DNA of 45,063 bases from a virus (taxonomy: Duplodnaviria > Heunggongvirae > Uroviricota > Caudoviricetes): positions 1 through 45,063 of the IMG/VR virus record IMGVR_UViG_3300031998_000001; one strand, given 5' to 3'. Of this stretch, positions 44,354 through 45,063 are shown piece by piece; positions within the stretch are counted from its first letter, which is position 1; each line of letters starts with the position of its first letter. The notes below the pieces were generated by a model. That model ran no database searches. It was given only the letters and a program-made list of their open reading frames with translations, and was not told the origin of the DNA. The translations under genes were made by a program, and so were the position numbers.

Positions 44354-44408
44354 TTTTTTTTTCTGAAATCCCTATTTATTAACTATATATTAGTGTTGGA
44401 AAGGAAAC
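44354..44408 (+). promoter_or_regulatory. Repeated phage early/middle-type promoter motif
   Basis: T9CTGAAATCCCTATTTATTAACTATATATTAGTGTTGGAAAGGAAAC, near-identical to 27570-27625. Confidence 0.7.
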
Positions 44409-44423
44409 AACAGGACACGATAT

Positions 44424-44930
44424 ATGGAATATAAGTTCAGGGGCAGAAGAATTGATACGGGCGAGTGGGTTTACGGACACCACATCGAGATACGCACTGC
44501 GGAGGGCAGGACTGGTCACTTCATTGTGACGGATGACGAAGGCAAGGTTGACCACGACATTCCGCCAATGGGGATTATGTTTACCCTCAACGAGAACATC
44601 TTTATGATAAAGGCTGACACGCTTGGGCAGTTCAGCGGTTTCAGGGACACTCTCGGAAACGAGATATATGACGGAGACCTGCTCGTGCCAGAGAAGAACC
44701 CGCTTGTCGGCACATACTCTATGAGTCTGGACAAGGGCGTGAAGATAGCGCAGGTCGCTTGGAGCAGGAATTACTCCCGCTTCTTCATCGGTGCATACGG
44801 TTATCCGAAGTCGGGCGAAGGGAATCTCGGCGAGAGCAGGGTGTTCGATATGTGCGAGGATGTAATCGACGGCTTCGGCTTCCACATCGCTGGTAATGTG
44901 TATGAGAACGGTGACTTAATCTCGAAATAA
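44424..44930 (+). CDS. YopX family protein
   Basis: YKFRGRRIDTGEWVYG, TLGQFSGFRD..GNEIYDGDLL, IAGNVYEN..LI. Confidence 0.85.
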   Translation: MEYKFRGRRIDTGEWVYGHHIEIRTAEGRTGHFIVTDDEGKVDHDIPPMGIMFTLNENIFMIKADTLGQFSGFRDTLGNEIYDGDLLVPEKNPLVGTYSMSLDKGVKIAQVAWSRNYSRFFIGAYGYPKSGEGNLGESRVFDMCEDVIDGFGFHIAGNVYENGDLISK

Positions 44931-45063
44931 ATGAAGAAGAAAGACAGGGAATTGCTGTTCAGGGACTTGTCCGCAAGGCTTCCATACGGGGTGCGGGTAA
45001 AGGTGTGGCTTCCAGACGGGACTACGGAGGAGGGTACGCTTGACTTGAGCACCAACTACGGGG
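44931..45063 (+). CDS. Hypothetical phage protein, truncated at the window end
   Basis: MKKKDRELLFRDLSARLPYGVRVKV; open to the edge. Confidence 0.7.
   Translation, partial: MKKKDRELLFRDLSARLPYGVRVKVWLPDGTTEEGTLDLSTNYG

Noticed and set aside
1-45063. Stop-codon reassignment (TAG read as Gln, as in some gut megaphages)
   Set aside because: Long genes are intact in the standard code, and TAG ends many genes at natural boundaries (e.g. 5437, 20398, 35476, 44240), followed by terminators or out-of-frame starts.
1-45063. tRNA or rRNA genes
   Set aside because: Intergenic gaps are short and I saw no cloverleaf or T-loop (GTTCGA/GTTCAA in a stem) pattern in them; tRNAscan would confirm.

Overview
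A 45 kb segment of a large T4-like (jumbo/mega) myophage in the standard genetic code, probably infecting a Bacteroidota host (inferred from AT-rich, mostly SD-less starts and gene families). It holds scattered tail and baseplate genes (gp6-, gp15-, gp19-, gp26-, gp51- and gp53-like, tape measure), a gp55-like late sigma factor with about 14 TATAAATA late promoters, a second repeated phage promoter motif, DNA ligase, ThyX, a GroES-like protein and the probable 3' end of a TnpB element. Main observations: (1) about 14 unrelated proteins carry a T4 internal-protein-like capsid-targeting leader and internal [ILVM]-x-E-[SAG] sites, suggesting a portable system for packaging, cleaving and injecting cargo. 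(2) The largest candidate cargo is an AAA / LRR-MoxR-AAA / metallopeptidase-(GQ)n-VWA module, and a free copy of the MoxR C-terminal domain lies about 10 kb away. (3) recA/uvsX is fractured by a naturally split intein around a free-standing endonuclease gene whose start codon is locked in a hairpin containing a late promoter. (4) An LRR-like protein with 15 hypervariable repeats has a one-repeat paralog. All family calls come from reading motifs by eye; no searches were run.
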